Assembly (NCBI GenBank): GCA_964057225.1
Contig: OZ059898.1
Location: 19,964,001-20,028,000, forward strand
Reading direction: 5' to 3'
DNA length: 64,000 nt
Source of the DNA: Auanema rhodensis
Lineage: Eukaryota > Animalia > Nematoda
Shown one piece after another: positions 40,197 through 54,224 of this stretch. How positions within the stretch are numbered: the first letter of the stretch is position 1; every line of letters starts with the position of its first letter. Below the pieces are notes generated by a model. It did not search any database. It worked only from the letters and a program-made list of their open reading frames with translations, and was not told where the DNA came from. A program made the position numbers and the translations under genes.

Positions 40197-43100
40197 TTGA
40201 AAAATGATGCATTAGTGTATTTTGAGTTTCCATGTACACTCAACATTGCTTCCAAAAACATTTTGACAAAAATTTTTTCGAAAAATTTCAAAATAATTTC
40301 GCAAAAAGTAGATGTTTTTAGATTTCTTTTTTCAAGGCAAAGACGATGGACAAGGTTATTCAACGAAAAAATTAATTCTTCAGGGTGAAAATCGAGGATA
40401 TAAGTGTGAACTTATATCAGTTGATATCTCGGTGCATTTTTCAGCTAGCGCAAATCTGATAACACAGATCGACGCAACTTAAAAATCCGCATCGAATGCA
40501 CTATACTACATTGAGAAACGCTTGATACAAAAATTAGTTATGATCGTTTGAAAAATGATGCATTAGTGTATTTTGAGTTTCCATGTACACTCAACATTGC
40601 TTCCAAAAACATTTTGACAAAAATTTTTCCGAAAAATTTCAAAATAATTTCGCAAAAAGTAGATGTTTTTAGATTTTTTTTTTCAAGGCAAAGACGATGG
40701 ACAAGGTTATTCAACGAAAACATTAATTCTTCAGGGTGAAAATCGAGGATATAAGTGTGAACTTATATCAGTTGATATCTCGGTGCATTTTTAAGCTAGC
40801 GCAAATCTGATAACACAGATCGATGCAGCTTAAAAATCCGCATCGAATGCACTATACTACATTGAGAAACGCTTGATACAAAAATTAGTTATGATCGTTT
40901 GAAAAATGATGCATTAGTGTATTTTGAGTTTCCATGTACACTCAACATTGCTTCCAAAAACATTTTGACAAAAATTTTTCCGAAAAATTTCAAAATAATT
41001 TCGCAAAAAGTAGATGTTTTTAGATTTTTTTTTTCAAGGCAAAGACGATGGACAAGGTTATTCAACGAAAACATTAATTCTTCAGGGTGAAAATCGAGGA
41101 TATAAGTGTGAACTTATATCAGTTGATATCTCGGTGCATTTTTAAGCTAGCGCAAATCTGATAACACAGATCGATGCAGCTTAAAAATCCGCATCGAATG
41201 CACTATACTACATTGAGAAACGCTTGATACAAAAATTAGTTATGATCGTTTGAAAAATGATGCATTAGTGTATTTTGAGTTTCCATGTGCACTCAACATT
41301 GCTTCCAAAAACATTTTGACAAAAATTTTTCCGAAAAATTTCAAAATAATTTCGCAAAAAGTAGATGTTTTTCGATTTTTTTTTTCAAGGCAAAGACGAT
41401 GGACAATGTTATTCAACGAAAAATTTAATTCTTCAGGGTGAAAATCGAAGATATAAGTGTGAACTTATATCAGTTGATATCTCGGTGCATTTTTAAGCTA
41501 GCGCAAATCTGATAACACAGATCGATGCAGCTTAAAAATCCGCATCGAATGCACTATACTACATTGAGAAACGCTTGATACAAAAATTAGTTATGATCGT
41601 TTGAAAATGATGCATTAGTGTATTTTGAGTTTCCATGTACACTCAACATTGCTTCCAAAAACATTTTGACAAAAATTTTTTCGAAAAATTTCAAAATAAT
41701 TTCGCAAAAAGTAAATGTTTTTAGATTTATTTTTCAAGGCAAAGACGATGGACGATGTTATTCAACAAAAAAATTAATTCTTCAGGGTGAAAATCGAGGA
41801 TATAAGTGTGAACTTATATCAGTTGATATCTCGGTGCATTTTTCAGCTAGCGCAAATCTGATAACACAGATCGACGCAGCTTAAAAATCCGCATCGAATG
41901 CACTATACTACATTGAGAAACGCTTGATACAAAAATTAGTTATGATCGTTTGAAAAATGATGCATTAGTGTATTTTGAGTTTCCATGTACACTCAACATT
42001 GCTTCCAAAAACATTTTGACAAAAATTTTTCCGAAAAATTTCAAAATAATTTCGCAAAAAGTAGATGTTTTTAGATTTTTTTTTTCAAGGCAAAGACGAT
42101 GGACAAGGTTATTCAACGAAAAAATTAATTCTTCAGGGTGAAAATCGAGGATATAAGTGTGAACTTATATCAGTTGATATCTCGGTGCATTTTCCAGCTA
42201 GCGCAAATCTAATAACACAGATCGACGCAGCTTAAAAATCCGCATCGAATGCACTATACTAAATTGAGAAACGCTTGATACAAAAATTAGTTATGACCGT
42301 TTGAAAAATGATGCATTAGTGTATTTTGAGTTTCCATGTACACTCAACATTGCTTCCAAAAACATTTTGACAAAAATTTTTTCGAAAAATTTCAAAATAA
42401 TTTCGCAAAAAGTAGATGTTTTTAGATTTCTTTTTTCAAGGCAAAGACGATGGACAAGGTTATTCAACGAAAAAATTAATTCTTCAGGGTGAAAATCGAG
42501 GATATAAGTGTGAACTTATATCAGTTGATATCTCGGTGCATTTTTCAGCTAGCGCAAATCTGATAACACAGATCGACGCAGCTTAAAAATCCGCATCGAA
42601 TGCACTATACTACATTGAGAAACGCTTGATACAAAAATTAGTTATGATCGTTTGAAAAATGATGCATTAGTGTATTTTGAGTTTCCATGTACACTCAACA
42701 TTGCTTCCAAAAACATTTTGACAAAAATTTTTCCGAAAAATTTCAAAATAATTTCGCAAAAAGTAGATGTTTTTAGATTTTTTTTTTCAAGGCAAAGACG
42801 ATGGACAAGGTTATTCAACGAAAACATTAATTCTTCAGGGTGAAAATCGAGGATATAAGTGTGAACTTATATCAGTTGATATCTCGGTGCATTTTTAAGC
42901 TAGCGCAAATCTGATAACACAGATCGATGCAGCTTAAAAATCCGCATCGAATGCACTATACTACATTGAGAAACGCTTGATACAAAAATTAGTTATGATC
43001 GTTTGAAAAATGATGCATTAGTGTATTTTGAGTTTCCATGTACACTCAACATTGCTTCCAAAAACATTTTGACAAAAATTTTTCCGAAAAATTTCAAAAT

Positions 43101-44200
43101 AATTTCGCAAAAAGTAGATGTTTTTAGATTTTTTTTTTCAAGGCAAAGACGATGGACAAGGTTATTCAACGAAAACATTAATTCTTCAGGGTGAAAATCG
43201 AGGATATAAGTGTGAACTTATATCAGTTGATATCTCGGTGCATTTTTAAGCTAGCGCAAATCTGATAACACAGATCGATGCAGCTTAAAAATCCGCATCG
43301 AATGCACTATACTACATTGAGAAACGCTTGATACAAAAATTAGTTATGATCGTTTGAAAAATGATGCATTAGTGTATTTTGAGTTTCCATGTGCACTCAA
43401 CATTGCTTCCAAAAACATTTTGACAAAAATTTTTCCGAAAAATTTCAAAATAATTTCGCAAAAAGTAGATGTTTTTCGATTTTTTTTTTCAAGGCAAAGA
43501 CGATGGACAATGTTATTCAACGAAAAATTTAATTCTTCAGGGTGAAAATCGAAGATATAAGTGTGAACTTATATCAGTTGATATCTCGGTGCATTTTTAA
43601 GCTAGCGCAAATCTGATAACACAGATCGATGCAGCTTAAAAATCCGCATCGAATGCACTATACTACATTGAGAAACGCTTGATACAAAAATTAGTTATGA
43701 TCGTTTGAAAATGATGCATTAGTGTATTTTGAGTTTCCATGTACACTCAACATTGCTTCCAAAAACATTTTGACAAAAATTTTTTCGAAAAATTTCAAAA
43801 TAATTTCGCAAAAAGTAAATGTTTTTAGATTTATTTTTCAAGGCAAAGACGATGGACGATGTTATTCAACAAAAAAATTAATTCTTCAGGGTGAAAATCG
43901 AGGATATAAGTGTGAACTTATATCAGTTGATATCTCGGTGCATTTTTCAGCTAGCGCAAATCTGATAACACAGATCGACGCAGCTTAAAAATCCGCATCG
44001 AATGCACTATACTACATTGAGAAACGCTTGATACAAAAATTAGTTATGATCGTTTGAAAAATGATGCATTAGTGTATTTTGAGTTTCCATGTACACTCAA
44101 CATTGCTTCCAAAAACATTTTGACAAAAATTTTTCCGAAAAATTTCAAAATAATTTCGCAAAAAGTAGATGTTTTTAGATTTTTTTTTTCAAGGCAAAGA
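40197..44200. repeat. 6-monomer tandem duplication, period 2104 bp
   Basis: The private AGATTTATTTTTCAAGG occurs at 41723 and 43827. Monomers 40197/40548/40899/41250 match 42301/42652/43003/43354. Confidence 0.88.
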
Positions 44201-47200
44201 CGATGGACGATGTTATTCAACAAAAAAATTAATTCTTCAGGGTGAAAATCGAGGATATAAGTGTGAACTTATATCAGTTGATATCTCGGTGCATTTTTCA
44301 GCTAGCGCAAATCTGATAACACAGATCGACGCAGCTTAAAAATCCGCATCGAATGCACTATACTACATTGAGAAACGCTTGATACAAAAATTAGTTATGA
44401 TCGTTTGAAAAATGATGCATTAGTGTATTTTGAGTTTCCATGTACACTCAACATTGCTTCCAAAAACATTTTGACAAAAATTTTTCCGAAAAATTTCAAA
44501 ATAATTTCGCAAAAAGTAGATGTTTTTAGATTTTTTTTTTCGAGGCAAAGACGATGGACAAGGTTATTCAACGAAAAAATTAATTCTTCAGGGTGAAAAT
44601 CGAGGATATAAGTGTGAACTTATATCAGTTGATATCTCGGTGCATTTTCAAGCTAGCGCAAATCTAATAACACAGATCGACGCAGCTTAAAAATCCGCAT
44701 TGAATGCACTATACTAAATTGAGAAACGCTTGATACAAAAATTAGTTATGACCGTTTGAAAAATGATGCATTAGTGTATTTTGAGTTTCCATGTACACTC
44801 AACATTGCTTCCAAAAACATTTTGACAAAAATTTTTTCGAAAAATTTCAAAATAATTTCGCAAAAAGTAGATGTTTTTAGATTTCTTTTTTCAAGGCAAA
44901 GACGATGGACAAGGTTATTCAACGAAAAAATTAATTCTTCAGGGTGAAAATCGAGGATATAAGTGTGAACTTATATCAGTTGATATCTCGGTGCATTTTT
45001 CAGCTAGCGCAAATCTGACAACACAGATCGACGCAGCTTAAAAATCCGCATCGAATGCACTATACTACATTGAGAAACGCTTGATACAAAAATTAGTTAT
45101 GATCGTTTGAAAAATGATGCATTAGTGTATTTTGAGTTTCCATGTACACTCAACATTGCTTCCAAAAACATTTTGACAAAAATTTTTCCGAAAAATTTCA
45201 AAATAATTTCGCAAAAAGTAGATGTTTTTAGATTTTTTTTTTCAAGGCAAAGACGATGGACAAGGTTATTCAACGAAAAAATTAATTCTTCAGGGTGAAA
45301 ATCGAGGATATAAGTGTGAACTTATATCAGTTGATATCTCGGTGCATTTTCAAGCTAGCGCAAATCTAATAACACAGATCGACGCAGCTTAAAAATCCGC
45401 ATCGAATGCACTATACTAAATTGAGAAACGCTTGATACAAAAATTAGTTATGACCGTTTGAAAAATGATGCATTAGTGTATTTTGAGTTTCCATGTACAC
45501 TCAACATTGCTTCCAAAAACATTTTGACAAAAATTTTTTCGAAAAATTTCAAAATAATTTCGCAAAAAGTAGATGTTTTTAGATTTCTTTTTTCAAGGCA
45601 AAGACGATGGACAAGGTTATTCAACGAAAAAATTAATTCTTCAGGGTGAAAATCGAGGATATAAGTGTGAACTTATATCAGTTGATATCTCGGTGCATTT
45701 TTCAGCTAGCGCAAATCTGATAACACAGATCGACGCAGCTTAAAAATCCGCATCGAATGCACTATACTACATTGAGAAACGCTTGATACAAAAATTAGTT
45801 ATGATCGTTTGAAAAATGATGCATTAGTGTATTTTGAGTTTCCATGTACACTCAACATTGCTTCCAAAAACATTTTGACAAAAATTTTTCCGAAAAATTT
45901 CAAAATAATTTCGCAAAAAGTAGATGTTTTTAGATTTTTTTTTTCAAGGCAAAGACGATGGACAAGGTTATTCAACGAAAACATTAATTCTTCAGGGTGA
46001 AAATCGAGGATATAAGTGTGAACTTATATCAGTTGATATCTCGGTGCATTTTTAAGCTAGCGCAAATCTGATAACACAGATCGATGCAGCTTAAAAATCC
46101 GCATCGAATGCACTATACTACATTGAGAAACGCTTGATACAAAAATTAGTTATGATCGTTTGAAAAATGATGCATTAGTGTATTTTGAGTTTCCATGTGC
46201 ACTCAACATTGCTTCCAAAAACATTTTGACAAAAATTTTTCCGAAAAATTTCAAAATAATTTCGCAAAAAGTAGATGTTTTTCGATTTTTTTTTTCAAGG
46301 CAAAGACGATGGACAATGTTATTCAACGAAAAATTTAATTCTTCAGGGTGAAAATCGAGGATATAAGTGTGAACTTATATCAGTTGATATCTCGGTGCAC
46401 TTTTAAGCTAGCGCAAATCTGATAACACAGATCGACGCAGCTTAAAAATCCGCATCGAATGCACTATACTACATTGAGAAACGCTTGATACAAAAATTAG
46501 TTATGATCGTTTGAAAAATGATGCATTAGTGTATTTTGAGTTTCCATGTACACTCAACATTGCTTCCAAAACATTTTGACAAAAATTTTTTCGAAAAATT
46601 TCAAAAAAATTTAGCAAAAAGTAGCTGTTTTTAGATTCCTTTTTTCAAGGCAAAAACGGAGGACAATGTTATTCAACGAAAAAATTAATTCTTCAGGGTG
46701 AAAATCGAGGATATAAGTGTGAACTTATATCAGTTGATATCTCGGTGCACTTTTAAGCTAGCGCAAATCTAATAACACAGATCGACGCAGCTTAAAACTC
46801 CGCATCGAGTGCACTATACTACATTGAGAAACGCTTGATACAAAAATTAGTTATGATCGTTTGAAAAATGATGCATTAGTGTATTTTGAGTTTCCATGTA
46901 CATTCAACATTGCTTCCAAAAATATTTTGACAAAAATTTTTCCGAAAAATTTCAAAATAATTTCGCAAAAAGTAGATGTTTTTAGATTTTTTTTTTCAAG
47001 GCAAAGACGATGGACAAGGTTATTCAACGAAAAAATTAATTCTTCAGGGTGAAAATCGAGGATATAAGTGTGAACTTATATCAGTTGATATCTCGGTGCA
47101 TTTTCAAGCTAGCGCAAATCTAATAACACAGATCGACGCAGCTTAAAAATCCGCATCGAATGCACTATACTAAATTGAGAAACGCTTGATACAAAAATTA

Positions 47201-50200
47201 GTTATGACCGTTTGAAAAATGATGCATTAGTGTATTTTGAGTTTCCATGTACACTCAACATTGCTTCCAAAAACATTTTGACAAAAATTTTTTCGAAAAA
47301 TTTCAAAATAATTTCGCAAAAAGTAGATGTTTTTAGATTTCTTATTTCAAGGCAAAGACGATGGACAAGGTTATTCAACGAAAAAATTAATTCTTCAGGG
47401 TGAAAATCGAGGATATAAGTGTGAACTTATATCAGTTGATATCTCGGTGCATTTTTAAGCTAGCGCAAATCTGATAACACAGATCGATGCAGCTTAAAAA
47501 TCCGCATCGAATGCACTATACTACATTGAGAAACGCTTGATACAAAAATTAGTTATGATCGTTTGAAAAATGATGCATTAGTGTATTTTGAGTTTCCATG
47601 TGCACTCAACATTGCTTCCAAAAACATTTTGACAAAAATTTTTCCGAAAAATTTCAAAATAATTTCGCAAAAAGTAGATGTTTTTCGATTTTTTTTTTCA
47701 AGGCAAAGACGATGGACAATGTTATTCAACGAAAAATTTAATTCTTCAGGGTGAAAATCGAAGATATAAGTGTGAACTTATATCAGTTGATATCTCGGTG
47801 CATTTTTAAGCTAGCGCAAATCTGATAACACAGATCGATGCAGCTTAAAAATCCGCATCGAATGCACTATACTACATTGAGAAACGCTTGATACAAAAAT
47901 TAGTTATGATCGTTTGAAAATGATGCATTAGTGTATTTTGAGTTTCCATGTACACTCAACATTGCTTCCAAAAACATTTTGACAAAAATTTTTTCGAAAA
48001 ATTTCAAAATAATTTCGCAAAAAGTAAATGTTTTTAGATTTCTTTTTTCAAGGCAAAGACGATGGACGATGTTATTCAACAAAAAAATTAATTCTTCAGG
48101 GTGAAAATCGAGGATATAAGTGTGAACTTATATCAGTTGATATCTCGGTGCATTTTTAAGCTAGCGCAAATCTGATAACACAGATCGACGCAGCTTAAAA
48201 ATCCGCATCGAATGCACTATACTACATTGAGAAACGCTTGATACAAAAATTAGTTATGATCGTTTGAAAAATGATGCATTAGTGTATTTTGAGTTTCCAT
48301 GTACACTCAACATTGCTTCCAAAAACATTTTGACAAAAATTTTTTCGAAAAATTTCAAAATTATTTCGCAAAAAGTAAATGTTTTTAGATTTTTTTTTTC
48401 AAGGCAAAGACGATGGACAATGTTATTCAACAAAAAAATTAATTCTTCAGGGTGAAAATCGAGGATATAAGTGTGAACTTATATCAGTTGATATCTCGGT
48501 GCATTTTTAAGCTAGCGCAAATCTGATAACACAGATCGACGCAGCTTAAAACTCCGCATCGAGTGCACTATACTACATTGAGAAACGCTTGATACAAAAA
48601 TTAGTTATGATCGTTTGAAAAATGATGCATTAGTGTATTTTGAGTTTCCATGTACATTCAACATTGCTTCCAAAAATATTTTGACAAAAATTTTTCCGAA
48701 AAATTTCAAAATAATTTCGCAAAAAGTAGATGTTTTTAGATTTTTTTTTTCAAGGCAAAGACGATGGACAAGGTTATTCAACGAAAAAATTAATTCTTCA
48801 GGGTGAAAATCGAGGATATAAGTGTGAACTTATATCAGTTGATATCTCGGTGCGTTTTTCAGCTAGCGCAAATCTGATAACACAGATCGACGCAGCTTAA
48901 AAATCCGCATCGAATGCACTATACTACATTGAGAAAAGCTTGATACAAAAATTAGTTATGATCGTTTGAAAAATGATGCATTAGTGTATTTTGAGTTTCC
49001 ATGTACACTCAACATTGCTTCCAAAAACATTTTGACAAAAATTTTTCCGAAAAATTTCAAAATAATTTCGCAAAAAGTAGATGTTTTTAGATTTTTTTTT
49101 TCAAGGCAAAGACGATGGACAAGGTTATTCAACGAAAAAATTAATTCTTCAGGGTGAAAATCGAGGATATAAGTGTGAACTTATATCAGTTGATATCTCG
49201 GTGCATTTTTCAGCTAGCGCAAATCGGATAACACAGATCGACGCAGCTTAAAAATCCGCATCGAATGCACTATACTACATTGAGAAACGCTTGATACAAA
49301 AATTAGTTATGATCGTTTGAAAAATGATGCATTAGTGTATTTTGAGTTTCCATGTGCACTCAACATTGCTTCCAAAAACATTTTGACAAAAATTTTTCCG
49401 AAAAATTTCAAAATAATTTCGCAAAAAGTAGATGTTTTTCGATTTTTTTTTTCAAGGCAAAGACGATGGACAATGTTATTCAACGAAAAATTTAATTCTT
49501 CAGGGTGAAAATCGAAGATATAAGTGTGAACTTATATCAGTTGATATCTCGGTGCATTTTTAAGCTAGCGCAAATCTGATAACACAGATCGATGCAGCTT
49601 AAAAATCCGCATCGAACGCACTATACTACATTGAGAAACGCTTGATACAAAAATTAGTTATGATCGTTTGAAAATGATGCATTAGTGTATTTTGAGTTTC
49701 CATGTACACTCAACATTGCTTCCAAAAACATTTTGACAAAAATTTTTTCGAAAAATTTCAAAATAATTTCGCAAAAAGTAAATGTTTTTAGATTTCTTTT
49801 TTCAAGGCAAAGACGATGGACAATGTTATTCAACGAAAAATTTAATTCTTCAGGGTGAAAATCGAAGATATAAGTGTGAACTTATATCAGTTGATATCTC
49901 GGTGCATTTTTAAGCTAGCGCAAATCTGATAACACAGATCGATGCAGCTTAAAAATCCGCATCGAATGCACTATACTACATTGAGAAACGCTTGATACAA
50001 AAATTAGTTATGATCGTTTGAAAAATGATGCATTAGTGTATTTTGAGTTTCCATGTGCACTCAACATTGCTTCCAAAAACATTTTGACAAAAATTTTTCC
50101 GAAAAATTTCAAAATAATTTCGCAAAAAGTAGATGTTTTTCGATTTTTTTTTTCAAGGCAAAGACGATGGACAATGTTATTCAACGAAAAATTTAATTCT

Positions 50201-51070
50201 TCAGGGTGAAAATCGAAGATATAAGTGTGAACTTATATCAGTTGATATCTCGGTGCATTTTTAAGCTAGCGCAAATCTGATAACACAGATCGATGCAGCT
50301 TAAAAATCCGCATCGAATGCACTATACTACATTGAGAAACGCTTGATACAAAAATTAGTTATGATCGTTTGAAAAATGATGCATTAGTGTATTTTGAGTT
50401 TCCATGTGCACTCAACATTGCTTCCAAAAACATTTTGACAAAAATTTTTCCGAAAAATTTCAAAATAATTTCGCAAAAAGTAGATGTTTTTCGATTTTTT
50501 TTTTCAAGGCAAAGACGATGGACAATGTTATTCAACGAAAAATTTAATTCTTCAGGGTGAAAATCGAAGATATAAGTGTGAACTTATATCAGTTGATATC
50601 TCGGTGCATTTTTAAGCTAGCGCAAATCTGATAACACAGATCGATGCAGCTTAAAAATCCGCATCGAACGCACTATACTACATTGAGAAACGCTTGATAC
50701 AAAAATTAGTTATGATCGTTTGAAAATGATGCATTAGTGTATTTTGAGTTTCCATGTACACTCAACATTGCTTCCAAAAACATTTTGACAGAAATTTTTT
50801 CGAAAAATTTCAAAATAATTTCGCAAAAAGTAAATGTTTTTAGATTTCTTTTTTCAAGGCAAAGACGATGGACGATGTTATTCAACAAAAATATTAATTC
50901 TTCAGGGTGAAAATCGAGGATATAAGTGTGAACTTATATCAGTTGATATCTCGGTGCATTTTTAAGCTAGCGCAAATCTGATAACACAGATCGACGCAGC
51001 TTAAAAATCCGCATCGAATGCACTATACTACATTGAGAAACGCTTGATACAAAAATTAGTTATGATCGTT

Positions 51071-54000
51071 TGAAAAATGATGCATTAGTGTATTTTGAGT
51101 TTCCATGTACACTCAACATTGCTTCCAAAACATTTTGACAAAAATTTTTTCGAAAAATTTCAAAATAATTTAGCAAAAAGTAGCTGTTTTTAGATTCCTT
51201 TTTTCAAGGCAAAAACGATAGACAATGTTATTCAACGAAAAAATTAATTCTTCAGGGTGAAAATCGAGGATATAAGTGTGAACTTATATCAGTTGATATC
51301 TCGGTGCATTTTTAAGCTAGCGCAAATCTAATAACACAGATCGACGCAGCTTAAAAATCCGCATCGAATGCACTATACTACATTGAGAAACGCTTGATAC
51401 AAAAATTAGTTATGATCGTTTGAAAAATGATGCATTAGTGTATTTTGAGTTTCCATGTACACTCATCATTGCTTCCAAAAACATTTTGACAAAAATTTTT
51501 TCGAAAAGTTTCAAAATAATTTAGCAAAAAGTAGCTGTTTTTAGATTCCTTTTTTCAAGGCAAAAACGATGGACGATGTTATTCAACAAAAAAATTAATT
51601 CTTCAGGGTGAAAATCGAGGATATAAGTGTGAACTTATATCAGTTGATATCTCGGTGCATTTTTAAGCTAGCGCAAATCTGATAACACAGATCGACGCAG
51701 CTTAAAAATCCGCATCGAATGCACTATACTACATTGAGAAACGCTTGATACAAAAATTAGTTATGATCGTTTGAAAAATGATGCATTAGTGTATTTTGAG
51801 TTTCCATGTACACTCAACATTGCTTCCAAAAACATTTTGACAAAAATTTTTCCGAAAAATTTCAAAATAATTTCGCAAAAAGTAGATGTTTTTAGATTTT
51901 TTTTTTCAAGGCAAAGACGATGGACAAGGTTATTCAACGAAAAAATTAATTCTTCAGGGTGAAAATCGAGGATATAAGTGTGAACTTATATCAGTTTATA
52001 TCTCGGTGCATTTTCAAGCTAGCGCAAATCTAATAACACAGATCGACGCAGCTTAAAAATCCGCATCGAATGCACTATACTACATTGAGAAACGCTTGAT
52101 ACAAAAATTAGTTATGATCGTTTGAAAAATGATGCATTAGTGTATTTTGAGTTTCCATGTACACTCAACATTGCTTCCAAAACATTTTGACAAAAATTTT
52201 TTCGAAAAATTTCAAAATAATTTAGCAAAAAGTAGATGTTTTTAGATTCCATTTTTCAAGGCAAAGACGATAGACAATGTTATTCAACGAAAAAATTAAT
52301 TCTTCAGGGTGAAAATCGAGGATATAAGTGTGAACTTATATCAGTTGATATCTCGGTGCATTTTTAAGCTAGCGCAAATCTGATAACACAGATCGACGCA
52401 GCTTAAAAATCCGCATCGAATGCACTATACTACATTGAGAAACGCTTGATACAAAAATTAGTTATGATCGTTTGAAAAATGATGCATTAGTGTATTTTGA
52501 GTTTCCATGTACACTCAACATTGCTTCCAAAAACATTTTGACAAAAATTTTTCCGAAAAATTTCAAAATAATTTCGCAAAAAGTAGATGTTTTTCGATTT
52601 TTTTTTTCAAGGCAAAGACGATGGACAATGTTATTCAACGAAAAATTTAATTCTTCAGGGTGAAAATCGAAGATATAAGTGTGAACTTATATCAGTTGAT
52701 ATCTCGGTGCATTTTTAAGCTAGCGCAAATCTGATAACACAGATCGACGCAGCTTAAAAATCCGCATCGAATGCACTATACTACATTGAGAAACGCTTGA
52801 TACAAAAATTAGTTATGATCGTTTGAAAAATGATGCATTAGTGTATTTTGAGTTTCCATGTACACTCAACATTGCTTCCAAAACATTTTGACAAAAATTT
52901 TTTCGAAAAATTTCAAAATAATTTAGCAAAAAGTAGCTGTTTTTAGATTCCTTTTTTCAAGGCAAAAACGATGGACAATGTTATTCAACGAAAAAATTAA
53001 TTCTTCAGGGTGAAAATCGAGGATATAAGTGTGAACTTATATCAGTTGATATCTCGGTGCATTTTTAAGCTAGCGCAAATCTAATAACACAGATCGACGC
53101 AGCTTAAAAATCCGCATCGAATGCACTATACTACATTGAGAAACGCTTGCTACAAAAATTAGTTATGATCGTTTGAAAAATGATGCATTAGTGTATTTTG
53201 AGTTTCCATGTACACTCAACATTGCTTCCAAAAACATTTTGACAAAAATTTTTTCGAAAAATTTCAAAATAATTTAGCAAAAAGTAGCTGTTTTTAGATT
53301 CCTTTTTTCAAGGCAAAAACGATGGACGATGTTATTCAACAAAAAAATTAATTCTTCAGGGTGAAAATCGAGGATATAAGTGTGAACTTATATCAGTTGA
53401 TATCTCGGTGCATTTTTAAGCTAGCGCAAATCTGATAACACAGATCGACGCAGCTTAAAAATCCGCATCGAATGCACTATACTACATTGAGAAACGCTTG
53501 ATACAAAAATTAGTTATGATCGTTTGAAAAATGATGCATTAGTGTATTTTGAGTTTCCATGTACACTCAACATTGCTTCCAAAAACATTTTGACAAAAAT
53601 TTTTCCGAAAAATTTCAAAATAATTTCGCAAAAAGTAGATGTTTTTAGATTTTTTTTTTCAAGGCAAAGACGATGGACAAGGTTATTCAACGAAAAAATT
53701 AATTCTTCAGGGTGAAAATCGAGGATATAAGTGTGAACTTATATCAGTTTATATCTCGGTGCATTTTCAAGCTAGCGCAAATCTAATAACACAGATCGAC
53801 GCAGCTTAAAAATCCGCATCGAATGCACTATACTACATTGAGAAACGCTTGATACAAAAATTAGTTATGATCGTTTGAAAAATGATGCATTAGTGTATTT
53901 TGAGTTTCCATGTACACTCAACATTGCTTCCAAAACATTTTGACAAAAATTTTTTCGAAAAATTTCAAAATAATTTAGCAAAAAGTAGCTGTTTTTAGAT

Positions 54001-54224
54001 TTCTTTTTTCAAGGCAAAAACGATGGACAATGTTATTCAACGAAAAAATTAATTCTTCAGGGTGAAAATCGAGGATATAAGTGTGAACTTATATCAGTTT
54101 ATATCTCGGTGCATTTTCAAGCTAGCGCAAATCTAATAACACAGATCGACGCAGCTTAAAAATCCGCATCGAATGCACTATACTACATTGAGAAACGCTT
54201 GATACAAAAATTAGTTATGATCGT
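51071..54224. repeat. Approximate 5-monomer duplication (period ~1753 bp) rich in the divergent monomer type
   Basis: The order divergent/divergent/consensus/divergent at 51071-52471 is repeated at 52823-54224 (51771 to 53524 = 1753), with several differences. Confidence 0.65.
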
